From assembly GCA_964639725.1 (NCBI GenBank), contig CAZXFB010000016.1:2054-66053 (forward strand): a stretch of DNA of 64,000 bases, in the 5' to 3' direction. The notes beneath the pieces are model-generated. The model made no database searches, was not told the DNA's origin, and worked only from the letters and a program-made list of their open reading frames with translations. The DNA comes from an uncultured Rikenellaceae bacterium. GTDB lineage: Bacteria > Bacteroidota > Bacteroidia > Bacteroidales > VadinHA17. Positions 51,873 to 62,453 of the stretch are shown in pieces. Made by a program: the position numbers and the translations under genes. The first letter of the stretch is position 1. Each line of letters starts with the position of its first letter.

Positions 51873-52649
51873 ATGGCAAAACAGAAAATAAAAGCTCCTG
51901 CCTTTGATGATATCGTTTTTGAATGGAGAAATAAGGAGTACGGTGCTTACACTATGCGCAAGAAATACAATCGTACAATATTACTTGCATTGCTTGTAGG
52001 AATTATTATTTTATCTACAGCAATCATAACTCCCTACCTTAATGCAAAAGCTCTGGAGAACAGACAGAAACGTGCAGAGAGACAAGTTGAGCTTAAGATG
52101 GAGAATCTTGATGCACCAACAGAAAATGTTGCTCCACCTCCGCCACCACCTCCTCCTCCTGCAGAAGTTATACAGCAGCAGAAATATATTCCGCCTGTAG
52201 TTGTTGACTCTGTAAAACCAGAGGAAATAAAACAGTTTATGACTGCTGACGAGGCACAGGTTGAAGTAAGGAACGAAGAGGTAACTGAAGTAGTTGCTGT
52301 TAAAGAAGAGATTCAGGAAGTAGAAGCTGAACCAGAACCATTTGTTGTGGTTGAGGAGATGCCAATGTATCCTGGAGGTGATGTTGAACTTCTGAAGTAT
52401 ATTGCAGCAAATACTCAATATCCTGAAGTTGCTAAAGAAAACAATATTCAGGGAAGAGTTATCGTCAGATTTTGCGTAACTGCAAAAGGTGGTGTAAGTC
52501 AGGTAAATATACTGAAAGGTGTAGACCCTGAACTTGATAAAGAAGCTATTAGAGTTGTATCCGGACTTCCTCCGTTTAAACCAGGGAAACAGGGAGGAAA
52601 ACCTGTTCCTGTATGGTATATGGTACCAATCACCTTTACCCTTAAGTAA
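51873..52649 (+). CDS. tonB: Energy transducer TonB
   Basis: N-terminal TM, poly-Pro linker, TonB C-domain (YPEVAKENNIQGRVIVRF..PITFTL). Confidence 0.93.
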   Translation: MAKQKIKAPAFDDIVFEWRNKEYGAYTMRKKYNRTILLALLVGIIILSTAIITPYLNAKALENRQKRAERQVELKMENLDAPTENVAPPPPPPPPPAEVIQQQKYIPPVVVDSVKPEEIKQFMTADEAQVEVRNEEVTEVVAVKEEIQEVEAEPEPFVVVEEMPMYPGGDVELLKYIAANTQYPEVAKENNIQGRVIVRFCVTAKGGVSQVNILKGVDPELDKEAIRVVSGLPPFKPGKQGGKPVPVWYMVPITFTLK

Positions 52650-52669
52650 AATCGTACTTAAAGCTATAG

Positions 52670-52703
52670 AAAAAAGCCGGATCCATGAGTTCCGGCTTTT
52701 TTT
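52670..52703. terminator. Bidirectional intrinsic terminator
   Basis: AAAAAAGCCGGA...TCCGGCTTTTTT between convergent tonB and the aldolase gene. Confidence 0.85.
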
Positions 52704-52773
52704 ATTTACCCTACAAGTACTATGAATAAACGAGACCAGTAGTGAAAAATAAATTTTACTTCCTGAATGTTAT

Positions 52774-53823
52774 CTATTTTGCTTTATTTATCTCCCCTTT
52801 CAGAAGTTTAATAAAGTCTTCTATTTCAGATTCTGTTGTATCCCAGCTCGTCATCAGACGGTATTCAGATGTCAATTTATTCCATGGATAGAAGAAATAG
52901 TGTTCCATCATTCGTTCTGCAATCTCTGCAGGGATAGTGATAAAGATCCCATTAGCCTGGACCGCTTGTGTAATCTTAACCTCTTTTATCTTCTGAAGTT
53001 CACCAGCCATAATAGATGCCATTGCATTAGAATGTGATGAACACAATTTCCAAAGATCATTACGAAAATATGCAATATACTGAGCTGATATAAACCTCAT
53101 CTTTGAAGCGAGCTGCATAGCCTGTTTCCTTATATATTTAAAATCATTTGCCAGTCCCGGTGTTAAAAAGCATACTGCTTCCCCAAACATCATCCCGTTC
53201 TTAGTCCCCCCAAATGAAAGAATGTCAACACCTGCATCTGAAGTAAAAGCTCTGAAGGGAAGATTTAATGATATAGCTGCATTTGCAATTCTGGCTCCAT
53301 CCATATGAAGTAACATTCCATTAGAATGTGCAAAATCTGCAATATTTTTTATTTCTGAAACACTATACACTGTACCCATTTCAGTTGATTGAGTCAATGA
53401 TATGACTTTAGGTTGTGAATGATGTTCAAAATCAATTCCATGTATATGCCTCCTAATGGATTCTATTGATATCTTTCCATCAGAGGTATCAACAGTTAGT
53501 ACTTTGCATCCCGTAAATTTTTCAGGAGCACCGCATTCATCCTGTTCGATATGTGCAGAAAAAGCAGTTATAACAGAGTTCCACGGCCTGGTAACAGCTG
53601 ATAAACATAGCACATTGGCAGCAGTTCCGGTAAAAACAAAATAAGTATCAACATGTTCTCCAAAATGATCCCTGAAAAGCTGTCTGGCATGATCAGTATA
53701 AATATCTGATCCATAACCTAATACATGACCTGAATTAGCTTTTGTCAATTCGCTGAGTATTTCAGGATGAATCCCAGCATTATTGTCACTCGCGAATCCT
53801 CTTCTAACAGGTTTATCTTGCAT
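52774..53823 (-). CDS. Low-specificity L-threonine aldolase
   Basis: FASDN, GTAAN, ECGAPE, HMDGAR, SFGGTKNG (PLP Lys); ATG 53823 used. Confidence 0.9.
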   Translation of the reverse strand: MQDKPVRRGFASDNNAGIHPEILSELTKANSGHVLGYGSDIYTDHARQLFRDHFGEHVDTYFVFTGTAANVLCLSAVTRPWNSVITAFSAHIEQDECGAPEKFTGCKVLTVDTSDGKISIESIRRHIHGIDFEHHSQPKVISLTQSTEMGTVYSVSEIKNIADFAHSNGMLLHMDGARIANAAISLNLPFRAFTSDAGVDILSFGGTKNGMMFGEAVCFLTPGLANDFKYIRKQAMQLASKMRFISAQYIAYFRNDLWKLCSSHSNAMASIMAGELQKIKEVKITQAVQANGIFITIPAEIAERMMEHYFFYPWNKLTSEYRLMTSWDTTESEIEDFIKLLKGEINKAK

Positions 53824-53963
53824 AATAATGATATTCATTAAGAAAATAACCGCAAAGGTCACATTGGATTGAAGCCAGGTCTCAAATCAAAAGATTCACT
53901 CTTTTTCTTTAAGTTCTTCGTCTAATCTTTGTGCTCTTTGCGGTTAAAATCTGTTATTTATAC

Positions 53964-54164
53964 CTAGATCTTTTTCTTCCTTCTTGCAAAAAAGAGCATT
54001 ACCAGTCCAAATAAAAGCATCAGTAAACCCATTACAATATTTACATTGATGCCAAGTGACTTCTGATACATTTCAGTATTTGAAACTGTAAAAATGCCAA
54101 ATCCGGTAATTAATACACCCAGAATTGAAAACATCAGACCTATTGGAATTCTTATATCTACCAT
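53964..54164 (-). CDS. Small two-TM protein associated with SSS transporter
   Basis: DIRIPIG..G.NVN..G pattern; 12 bp downstream of the SSS gene. Confidence 0.7.
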   Translation of the reverse strand: MVDIRIPIGLMFSILGVLITGFGIFTVSNTEMYQKSLGINVNIVMGLLMLLFGLVMLFFARRKKKI

Positions 54165-54176
54165 ATTATTTTCCTC

Positions 54177-55907
54177 CTACCAGAATAAAATGCTTAAAAC
54201 AATACAAACCACACCTACAATTACGGCAAGACCAGCAGGACGCTGATACCAGGGACCCACCTCTGCCAAAGAACGTGGAGTCAGTGAATAAACAAGTCCA
54301 TGCAGTTCTTCATCTGACTTTTGTTGCTTAGTCATAAAAGTTAATCCTACAGTAACAAATGTACTAACAGTAAATGCAATAATTGCAGTCCAGAAGTTCT
54401 GAGCCATTTCAACAGGATATGTATGCAGAGTTGCAATCCATCCACCTTTTACAAGTGTGGTTGCTCCTGCCGGAATTGTAAGCCCATGATGAAGCAATGC
54501 AAGCAGGAATCCTGATAGTAATCCTGTAAAGGCAGCATGACCTGTTGTCCGTTTCCAGAACATTCCGAGGAATATAACTGCAAACAGAGGTGCATTAATC
54601 ATTGAGAATATAGTCTGAAGGAAGTCCATTATATTTCCGAACTTGCTGGCAATATAAGCAGAGGCAATACTGGCAAGAACACCTACAACGGTGGATATAC
54701 GTCCAACATTAAGGTAATGTTTACCGTCAGCCTCTTCGTTACCGGTTCTTCTACGTATATAACTCTGGTAAATATCGTAAGTCCATACTGTATTAAACGC
54801 AGAGACATTGCCAGCCATTCCTGACATAAATGACGCCAATAAAGCTGTAATACCAAGTCCAAGTACTCCAGCTGGCAGATACTCCTTCAGAAGCATGATA
54901 ATTGTATAATCATAAATGGGTTTTCCTCCGGCATCAAGAGGAAATGTATCTTTAAATGTTGTTCCCGTTTTATTAAAAAGAACCAAGGCTATGATACCCG
55001 GAACAATGATCAGGAATGGAATAAACATTTTTGGCAAAGCACCAATCAATGGAACTTTTCTGGCAGCAGATACAGATTCTGCAGCAAAAGCGCGCTGTAC
55101 TATAAGAAAGTTTGTACACCAGTATCCGAATGAAAGTACAAAGCCAAGGCCAAATAGAATTCCAAACCATTCAACTCCTAAAGGATTAGCGCCAGCTTCA
55201 CCTGAATATTTCCATGTAGTAGTCCAGGTATCGGCAGCATATCCATTTGCTGTGGTAATCGGGGCCAGACTCTCTTTGAGTCCACTCCAGCCACCAACAT
55301 CTTTTAAACTCAAAAAAACAAGAGGCAGCAATCCGATGACAATAATGAAGAACTGCAAAACCTCATTATAAATAGCAGAAGATAATCCTCCAAGGTATGT
55401 ATAACCTAATACGATCAGTGCAGATACCCATAGACTCAAATTAAAATCCCATCCAAGCACTTTTTCCATTAGAATAGCAAGAGCATACATTGATATTCCT
55501 GAAGCAAGAATGGTCATAACTGCAAAGAGAATTGCATTAAGACCTCTGGTTTTCTCATCATACCTGAGCTTAAGAAATTCAGGCACTGACCTGGCTTTTG
55601 ATCCATAATAGAATGGCATCATAAACAGGGCAAGAAAGATCATTGCAGGGATCGCTCCAATCCAGTAAAAATGTGTTGTTAGCATCCCGTATTTCATTCC
55701 TGAACCGGTCATTCCCATGACTTCAAGCGCACCAAGATTTGTTGAAATAAATGCCAGTCCTGCAACCCATGCAGGCATTGACCTTCCGGCCTCAAGAAAT
55801 GCATTGGCATTCTTCATGAATTTTCGGAGGAACCAACCAATTCCTAAAACAAAAATAAAATAGATTATCATAATCAGATAATCTATCCAACTCAGATCAA
55901 CTCTCAT
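54177..55907 (-). CDS. Sodium:solute symporter (SSS family, probably sugar)
   Basis: FLEAGRSMP, SVPEFL..RY, YTYLGGL, YWCTNF..VQR, ASFMSG. Confidence 0.92.
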   Translation of the reverse strand: MRVDLSWIDYLIMIIYFIFVLGIGWFLRKFMKNANAFLEAGRSMPAWVAGLAFISTNLGALEVMGMTGSGMKYGMLTTHFYWIGAIPAMIFLALFMMPFYYGSKARSVPEFLKLRYDEKTRGLNAILFAVMTILASGISMYALAILMEKVLGWDFNLSLWVSALIVLGYTYLGGLSSAIYNEVLQFFIIVIGLLPLVFLSLKDVGGWSGLKESLAPITTANGYAADTWTTTWKYSGEAGANPLGVEWFGILFGLGFVLSFGYWCTNFLIVQRAFAAESVSAARKVPLIGALPKMFIPFLIIVPGIIALVLFNKTGTTFKDTFPLDAGGKPIYDYTIIMLLKEYLPAGVLGLGITALLASFMSGMAGNVSAFNTVWTYDIYQSYIRRRTGNEEADGKHYLNVGRISTVVGVLASIASAYIASKFGNIMDFLQTIFSMINAPLFAVIFLGMFWKRTTGHAAFTGLLSGFLLALLHHGLTIPAGATTLVKGGWIATLHTYPVEMAQNFWTAIIAFTVSTFVTVGLTFMTKQQKSDEELHGLVYSLTPRSLAEVGPWYQRPAGLAVIVGVVCIVLSILFW

Positions 55908-56089
55908 GTTTAGTGGATTTTAGATTTTCGTTCATTATTAATTTACAGTATTCAATTTTAAGATATAACCAGTTATTTCGATGAAAGTAAAAATACTGTT
56001 TAAGATCGATTTTCAAACAGATTGTAAACAATAATTATCAATAATCTGATCTTTTCTTTAATATTTAGTCGATTAGCTATATTTGCATT

Positions 56090-56854
56090 ATGACGACTTT
56101 GAATACGCGATACTTTATATTTATCTCATATAAAGGTACATTATATCATGGATGGCAGATTCAACCTAATTCTGTAACCGTACAGATGATCCTTGATAAA
56201 ACGCTGAGTACCATCCTGAATGAAAAAATTTCAACAATTGGTGCAGGAAGAACTGATACCGGGGTTCATGCTCAGTTTTTCTGTGCTCATTTTGACAGCA
56301 AAGCGGAGAACCTGTCATCCAAAAAAGATCTCAAATACAGGCTAAACAGATACCTGCCTCCAGATATATCAGTATCAGCTATCCGCAAAGTAAAACCTGA
56401 TTCAAATGCCAGATTCAGTGCATTATCAAGAACCTATAAGTATTATGTCTCAATAATCAAAGATCCGTTTTGTATTGACTATAGTTGGTATATTCACAGG
56501 AAACTTGATATTAATGCAATGAATAAAGCATCTGAGATATTAATCAACAATTCAGATTTTACGAGTTTCAGCAAATTGCATTCCAATACAAAGACCAATA
56601 TCTGCAATATTATGAGTGCGAATTGGGAGATTACAGGTAATCACCTGGTATTTACAATCAAAGCAGACCGGTTCCTTAGAAATATGGTCAGAGCTATTGT
56701 GGGTACAATGATTGAGATTGGTTATGGGAAGATGGATCTAAAGGACTTTGAAGATGTGATCGCTGCCAGAAATCGTTGTAAAGCCGGAAAATCAGCACCG
56801 GCCAAAGGTTTATTTCTAATGGATATTGATTATCCAGAGGAATTATTTATCTGA
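56090..56854 (+). CDS. truA: tRNA pseudouridine(38-40) synthase
   Basis: YHGWQ.Q, GRTDTGVHA, FLRNMVRAIVG. Confidence 0.97.
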   Translation: MTTLNTRYFIFISYKGTLYHGWQIQPNSVTVQMILDKTLSTILNEKISTIGAGRTDTGVHAQFFCAHFDSKAENLSSKKDLKYRLNRYLPPDISVSAIRKVKPDSNARFSALSRTYKYYVSIIKDPFCIDYSWYIHRKLDINAMNKASEILINNSDFTSFSKLHSNTKTNICNIMSANWEITGNHLVFTIKADRFLRNMVRAIVGTMIEIGYGKMDLKDFEDVIAARNRCKAGKSAPAKGLFLMDIDYPEELFI

Positions 56855-56978
56855 AACCTCAATCATACCCTTCGGTAAGTTGCTTCACTTCCGGTTCGGG
56901 AAAAAAGCTAAAACTTTAATTCTTTTTCTAATATTCAATAATTGTTGTACGGTAAAACATCACTTTAAGTTTTCATTT

Positions 56979-57086
56979 AATATTCAGCTGCGCTGCAGCT
57001 TTGAGACATCTGTGCAATTACCTCATTACAAATATTTTGCTGCTCTGCAGTATATTTAGGCAACAGCGCTGTGAAAATATATATAG
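56979..57086. repeat. Cluster of REP-like short palindromic repeats
   Basis: AATATTCAGCTGCGCTGCAGCT (56979-57000), TACAAATATTTTGCTGCTCTGCAGT (57027-57051) and a degenerate inverted copy (57059-57086). Confidence 0.55.
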
Positions 57087-57332
57087 AAATTAGGGTAATC
57101 GCAAAAAATAAATCCCCCGCTTAGGCGGGAGGCAAAATATTCGTTAAAGAGTTTTATATAGCCGTGTTCAAACGATTGGAAAATATTTTACCGGACACCA
57201 ATGATATTTTATAAGAATATTTAGGGCTATACAGAGTGATAATTATCATTTAATAATAGTGTTATTTGTTTCACAATAAATTAAATATAATTTACTTTTG
57301 TGCCAAACGAAAGATTCTAATCTGTTTGCAAA

Positions 57333-57683
57333 ATGAGCAATGAATTTCTGATATTGTTTTTTCTTGTCGGAGCTATATTTGTAGGATTAGTCCTAATACT
57401 TTCCGGCATAATAGCACCCAGGTCGATAAACCCTCAAAAGTTCGAACCATACGAATGTGGTATTCCAACCAAGGGAGTAACCTGGCTTCAATTCAATATA
57501 GGGTATTACATTTTTGCTATTCTCTTTCTCATTTTTGATGTTGAAACAGTACTCGTGTTTCCATGGGCTGTTGTAATGAAGGAAGTCGGGATGACAGCAT
57601 TTATTGAAATCCTTATATTTTTCTTCATTCTGGGTTTGGGATTATTATATGCCTGGAAAAAACATGCCTTGGTATGGGAATAA
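57333..57683 (+). CDS. nuoA: NADH-quinone oxidoreductase subunit A
   Basis: [13 protein letters not shown]; TACTTTTG -7 at 57293-57300. Confidence 0.95.
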   Translation: MSNEFLILFFLVGAIFVGLVLILSGIIAPRSINPQKFEPYECGIPTKGVTWLQFNIGYYIFAILFLIFDVETVLVFPWAVVMKEVGMTAFIEILIFFFILGLGLLYAWKKHALVWE

Positions 57684-58234
57684 AAGGAATGAGGCGTGAG
57701 GAATTCGGGGATAATGAAAGCCTTGATCTTCTGAAAGAATCAGGTACAAATATCCTGTTAACAACTATTGATGATGTTATTAACTGGGGAAGAAAAAACT
57801 CCCTTTGGCCATTGACATTTGCAACAAGTTGTTGTGGAATTGAAATGATGGCTGCAGGAGCACCACGGCATGACTTCGCAAGATTTGGAATGGAGGTTTA
57901 CCGGGCAAGTCCCCGCCAGGCTGATGTTATTGTTGTTGCCGGTACAATTGTAAACAAGATGGCTCCTGTTTTAAAGCGCCTGTATGATCAGATGTCTGAA
58001 CCAAAATATGTAGTGGCAATGGGCGCCTGTGCAATCTCAGGGGGGCCATTTTTCCTGAATTCGTACAATGTAATAAAAGGAGTTGAACATGTTATTCCGG
58101 TTGATGTATATGTACCAGGGTGTCCTCCCCGACCTGAAGCATTATTATATGGCATGCTTCAGTTGCAGCGCCTGATTGAAACAGAAAGCATTAGTTCGCG
58201 GAAGAAGCGCAATGAAAAGCATTCTTCACAATAG
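57674..58234 (+). CDS. nuoB: NADH-quinone oxidoreductase subunit B
   Basis: [30 protein letters not shown]. Confidence 0.96.
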   Translation: MGIKGMRREEFGDNESLDLLKESGTNILLTTIDDVINWGRKNSLWPLTFATSCCGIEMMAAGAPRHDFARFGMEVYRASPRQADVIVVAGTIVNKMAPVLKRLYDQMSEPKYVVAMGACAISGGPFFLNSYNVIKGVEHVIPVDVYVPGCPPRPEALLYGMLQLQRLIETESISSRKKRNEKHSSQ

Positions 58235-58262
58235 GTTGTATCACTCTGTAATCTGGTTTGCA

Positions 58263-58718
58263 ATGGATAATATAAAACTTGTGGAATTTATAAAAACTCT
58301 CAATCAGGATGTTGATATAAAAGAAGGTAACCAGTATGTTGAAATTAGCGTTCCTTCCCATCTGCTCCATTCCCTGGCAAAACTTTTAAGGGATAATGAT
58401 GAGACTAGGTTCGATTTTCTCTTTTGTCTCACAGGGGTTGATTACGGACAGGATCTTGGCGTTATATATCATATACGCTCAACCTTTTATGGACATACTA
58501 TTGTTCTGAAAACCCGAACATCAGACAGGAAAAATCCCCTACTCGATTCAGTATCTGATTTATGGGTAACTGCCGATTTTCATGAAAGAGAGGTATTCGA
58601 TCTTCTCGGAATCAGATTTGAGAATCATCCAGATATGAGAAGGCTTTTCCTGGATGATTCATGGGGATATCCCTTAAGAAAGGACTATGTTGACGATATA
58701 AATATTGTTTCCAAATAA
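58263..58718 (+). CDS. nuoC: NADH-quinone oxidoreductase subunit C
   Basis: HEREVFDLLGI.F.NHPD.RR, GYPLRKDY; ATG 58263 used. Confidence 0.93.
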   Translation: MDNIKLVEFIKTLNQDVDIKEGNQYVEISVPSHLLHSLAKLLRDNDETRFDFLFCLTGVDYGQDLGVIYHIRSTFYGHTIVLKTRTSDRKNPLLDSVSDLWVTADFHEREVFDLLGIRFENHPDMRRLFLDDSWGYPLRKDYVDDINIVSK

Positions 58719-58722
58719 TATT

Positions 58723-59847
58723 ATGGTAGATAAGGTAGAAAATATTATTTCTGAAGACCAGGAGGATTATATTATCAATATGGGGCCACAGCATCCTTCA
58801 ACGCATGGAGTGCTGAGGCTTGTTGTCTCCCTTAAAGGAGAAACTGTAAAAAACGTAGAACCGCATATTGGATATATACATCGTGGAATTGAAAAAATGT
58901 GTGAAAGCATTACTTATCCTCAGATTATACATCTTACTGACAGAATGGATTATCTTTCAGCCCATATCAACAATGAAGCTGTTTGCCTTAATGTTGAGAA
59001 AGCACTTGAGGTTGATATTCCTGACAGAATTAAAGTTATCCGTACAATTATGTCAGAACTTACCCGTATCCAGTCACATCAACTCTGGTGGGCCTCATTT
59101 GGAATGGATCTGGGTGGATTGACCTGTTTTTTTTACGGTCTGCGCGACAGGGAAAAGATTCTTGATATTTTTGAGGAGACCTGTGGAAGCCGTATGATAG
59201 TAAGTTACAACTGCCCCGGAGGACTCATGTATGATATACATCCAGAGTTTCAGAAGAGAGTAAAAGAATTTATAAAGTATTTCCGGAAAATTTTACCTGA
59301 ATATGATGATTTGCTCACAGGAAATATAATTTTTGAAGAGAGAAGTAAAGGGATTGGAAAACTAACTCTCGAAGATGCCATTTCTTATGGTATTACCGGA
59401 CCATCTGGCAGGGCATCAGGATTCTCATGCGATGTCAGGAAGCATGAACCATATAGTGCATATGACAGAGTCGTTTTTAATGAAGTTCTGTATACTGAAG
59501 GTGATACTTACCACAGGTACCTTGCCAGAATTGAGGAGATGAGGGAATCGATGAATATCATCGAACACCTTATTGATAATATTCCTGAAGGCCCCTTCGC
59601 AGTGAAGATGAAGCCAATCATTAAACTACCCGAAGGAGAATATTATCAGAGAGTTGAGACTGCAAGAGGTGAGCTTGGAGTATTTATCATAAGCGATGGG
59701 AACAAAAATCCCTATCGGGTTAAGTTCAGATCACCAAATTTTGTTAATCTCTCAGTGCTTAACAGAATAGCGAGCGGATTCAAGATTGCTGATCTGGTAG
59801 CAATCGGAGGATCTCTTGATCTGGTTATACCGGATATTGACAGATAA
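58723..59847 (+). CDS. nuoD: NADH-quinone oxidoreductase subunit D
   Basis: NMGPQHPSTHGVLRL, GYIHRG.EK, DRMDY, PDIDR; ATG 58723 used. Confidence 0.95.
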   Translation: MVDKVENIISEDQEDYIINMGPQHPSTHGVLRLVVSLKGETVKNVEPHIGYIHRGIEKMCESITYPQIIHLTDRMDYLSAHINNEAVCLNVEKALEVDIPDRIKVIRTIMSELTRIQSHQLWWASFGMDLGGLTCFFYGLRDREKILDIFEETCGSRMIVSYNCPGGLMYDIHPEFQKRVKEFIKYFRKILPEYDDLLTGNIIFEERSKGIGKLTLEDAISYGITGPSGRASGFSCDVRKHEPYSAYDRVVFNEVLYTEGDTYHRYLARIEEMRESMNIIEHLIDNIPEGPFAVKMKPIIKLPEGEYYQRVETARGELGVFIISDGNKNPYRVKFRSPNFVNLSVLNRIASGFKIADLVAIGGSLDLVIPDIDR

Positions 59848-59964
59848 GAATGGGATGAAGTGCTGGATAAAGGGTAAACTATTTGAAAAAAAAGCGTAAA
59901 GTTCAGAGGTTGCATAAATGTTACATAAGTCAGGAATAAAGATCAGTAATTAAAGAAATAGAAA

Positions 59965-61053
59965 ATGCCATTTGATATTTATGATTTTACATCCCTTACA
60001 GACTGGATAGACTCCGGCCTGAAAAATATAATGTCTCCATTCTGGACAACTATAATTGAGATGCTGATTATTGGGGTCTTAATTCTGATATTCTATGCTC
60101 TTGTTGGATTGTTTCTTGTATATGCCGAACGCAAAGTATGTGCTTTTATGCAAAACAGGCTTGGGCCAAACAGAGTCGGACCTTTTGGTATCTTCCAGAC
60201 TATTGCGGACCTTATAAAACTTTTGCTTGAAGAACTGATCCCAATAAAAAATGCTGATAAGTTTCTTTTTAACCTTGCTCCATTTATAGTAATTATAGCA
60301 TCATTCATGGCAATAGCGGCAATTCCTTTTGCAAGGGGACTTCATGCTATAGATTTGAATATTGGAGTCCTTTATGTAATTGCCGTATCTTCAATGGGAG
60401 TTATTGGCATTCTGCTTGCTGGCTGGTCGAGTAATAACAAGTATTCACTCATAGGTGCTTTACGGAGTGGTGCGCAGATAGTAAGTTATGAATTATCAGT
60501 TGGACTTTCGCTCATTACTATTGTTGTGCTCGCAGGTTCTATGCAATTATCAGTCATTGTTGAAGCACAAAGCAACGGATGGTTCATTTTCAAGGGTCAT
60601 ATTCCTGCTTTTATTGCATTTATTGTTTTCCTTATTTCGAGTACTGCAGAAACCAATCGAGGTCCGTTTGACCTGGCTGAAGCAGAATCAGAACTGACAG
60701 CGGGATACCATACTGAATATTCTGGTATCAAGTTTGCTTTTTTCTTCCTGGCCGAATATATGAACATGTTCATTGTGGCATCTATAGCTGCAACTGTTTT
60801 TCTTGGCGGATGGATGCCATTTCATGTAAGTAACTGGGATGGATTTAACCATGTAATGGATATTATCCCTCCTTTTGTCTGGTATATTGGAAAAACAGCA
60901 TTCGTTATTTTTATGATGATGTGGTTCAAATGGACGTTTCCTCGATTAAGGATTGATCAGTTGCTTACGCTTGAATGGAAATATTTACTTCCGATAAATT
61001 TGGTTAATGTATTGATAATGGCATTTATAGTCCTGATGGGATGGCATTTTTAA
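59965..61053 (+). CDS. nuoH: NADH-quinone oxidoreductase subunit H
   Basis: [34 protein letters not shown]. Confidence 0.96.
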   Translation: MPFDIYDFTSLTDWIDSGLKNIMSPFWTTIIEMLIIGVLILIFYALVGLFLVYAERKVCAFMQNRLGPNRVGPFGIFQTIADLIKLLLEELIPIKNADKFLFNLAPFIVIIASFMAIAAIPFARGLHAIDLNIGVLYVIAVSSMGVIGILLAGWSSNNKYSLIGALRSGAQIVSYELSVGLSLITIVVLAGSMQLSVIVEAQSNGWFIFKGHIPAFIAFIVFLISSTAETNRGPFDLAEAESELTAGYHTEYSGIKFAFFFLAEYMNMFIVASIAATVFLGGWMPFHVSNWDGFNHVMDIIPPFVWYIGKTAFVIFMMMWFKWTFPRLRIDQLLTLEWKYLLPINLVNVLIMAFIVLMGWHF

Positions 61054-61085
61054 CTTAGTAAAATCAATTAAAAGGATATCTCTCA

Positions 61086-61565
61086 ATGAGAAGTATAATA
61101 GATTATCTGAATGAAATAATAAGAGCAGTCTGGTCACTCCTTAAGGGGATGAAAGTAACCGGCTCATATTTTATCAGACCAGGAACCATTGTAACTCAAA
61201 AATATCCCAATAACAGGAAAGATCTGGTTATGTTCAATCGCTTTAAAGGTGAGGTTATAATGCCACATAATGAAAAGAATGAACATAAGTGCACCGGTTG
61301 CGGGATCTGTGAGATAAATTGTCCAAATGGGTCCATCGAAGTGATCTCAAAAGTTATTATCACAGAAGAGGGAAAAAAGAAAAGAATAATTGACAAACAT
61401 ATTTACCGGTTAAGTATGTGCACATTTTGTGCCTTATGTGTAAAGACCTGTCCGTCTAACGCACTTGCATTTTCACAGAAGTTTGAACATGCTGTTTTTA
61501 ACAGGGAACTTCTGATAAAAATCTCTAATAAGCCCGGGTCTCAATTAATGAAAGGAGTTGAATAA
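61086..61565 (+). CDS. nuoI: NADH-quinone oxidoreductase subunit I
   Basis: Two CxxCxxCxxxCP ferredoxin motifs; position in the operon. Confidence 0.93.
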   Translation: MRSIIDYLNEIIRAVWSLLKGMKVTGSYFIRPGTIVTQKYPNNRKDLVMFNRFKGEVIMPHNEKNEHKCTGCGICEINCPNGSIEVISKVIITEEGKKKRIIDKHIYRLSMCTFCALCVKTCPSNALAFSQKFEHAVFNRELLIKISNKPGSQLMKGVE

Positions 61566-62104
61566 TGACATTAAATCAGTTTATGTTTATTCTGTTTTCA
61601 GCTATGATCGTCGTGTTTTCGATCCTGACTGTAACAAGCCGGAAAATATTGAGAGCTTCTGTCTATTTGTTATTTGTACTGGTTTCCACATCAGGGCTCT
61701 ATTTTATGCTGAACTACCAGTTCCTGGCAGCCGTTCAGTTAACACTTTATGCAGGAGGTATAGTTGTTCTGATAATATTTTCCATTCTTCTTACAAGTCA
61801 TATTGATCAGAAATTTGAGAGTGTTGGCGTTAAGAAATCTGTATTTTCTGCAGTCGCAGCAAGTGCCGGAGCTATTCTTTCTGTCATTACAATTCTTGAT
61901 TACAAATTTTCAGCCAATATCAAGGCTGCCCGGGAGATTGATATGCAAGTGATAGGAAAAAGTCTTCTGTCGGTTGATTATGATGGATATGTGCTTCCAT
62001 TTGAAGTAATCTCAATATTACTTATTGCTGCTATGGTTTCAGCAATTATAATTGCTAAAAAGGGAGGTCCTAAGATATCTCAAACACGAACTTTTAATCA
62101 GTAA
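61565..62104 (+). CDS. nuoJ: NADH-quinone oxidoreductase subunit J
   Basis: FLAAVQ..YAGGIVVL, PFEVISILL. Confidence 0.93.
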   Translation: MTLNQFMFILFSAMIVVFSILTVTSRKILRASVYLLFVLVSTSGLYFMLNYQFLAAVQLTLYAGGIVVLIIFSILLTSHIDQKFESVGVKKSVFSAVAASAGAILSVITILDYKFSANIKAAREIDMQVIGKSLLSVDYDGYVLPFEVISILLIAAMVSAIIIAKKGGPKISQTRTFNQ

Positions 62105-62108
62105 TAAT

Positions 62109-62426
62109 ATGAATACAGGTATTCCATTACAATTTTTCCTGGTTCTGGCTACTATAATGTTCTTTATCGGAGTATATGGTTTCCTGACACGTAGGAATCT
62201 GATTACCATCTTAATGTCTGTAGAACTAATTCTCAACTCGGTGAATATTAATTTTCTCGCTTTTAACAGATACCTATACCCTGATAAAATTGAAGGTATG
62301 ATATTCAGTCTTTTTGTTATAGCAGTTGCTGCTGCTGAAGCGGCTGTAGCCATTGCCATAATAATAAATATTTACAGGCGGTTCACAACAATAAATGTGG
62401 AAGATGTTAACGAAATGAAGTTTTAA
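62109..62426 (+). CDS. nuoK: NADH-quinone oxidoreductase subunit K
   Basis: RRNLI..LMSVELILN, AAAEAAV; ATG 62109 used. Confidence 0.94.
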   Translation: MNTGIPLQFFLVLATIMFFIGVYGFLTRRNLITILMSVELILNSVNINFLAFNRYLYPDKIEGMIFSLFVIAVAAAEAAVAIAIIINIYRRFTTINVEDVNEMKF

Positions 62427-62453
62427 TTATTACAATTCTAGGACACTATTGAT

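Noticed and set aside
52135-52160. CCN repeat
   Set aside because: Ordinary poly-proline linker of TonB
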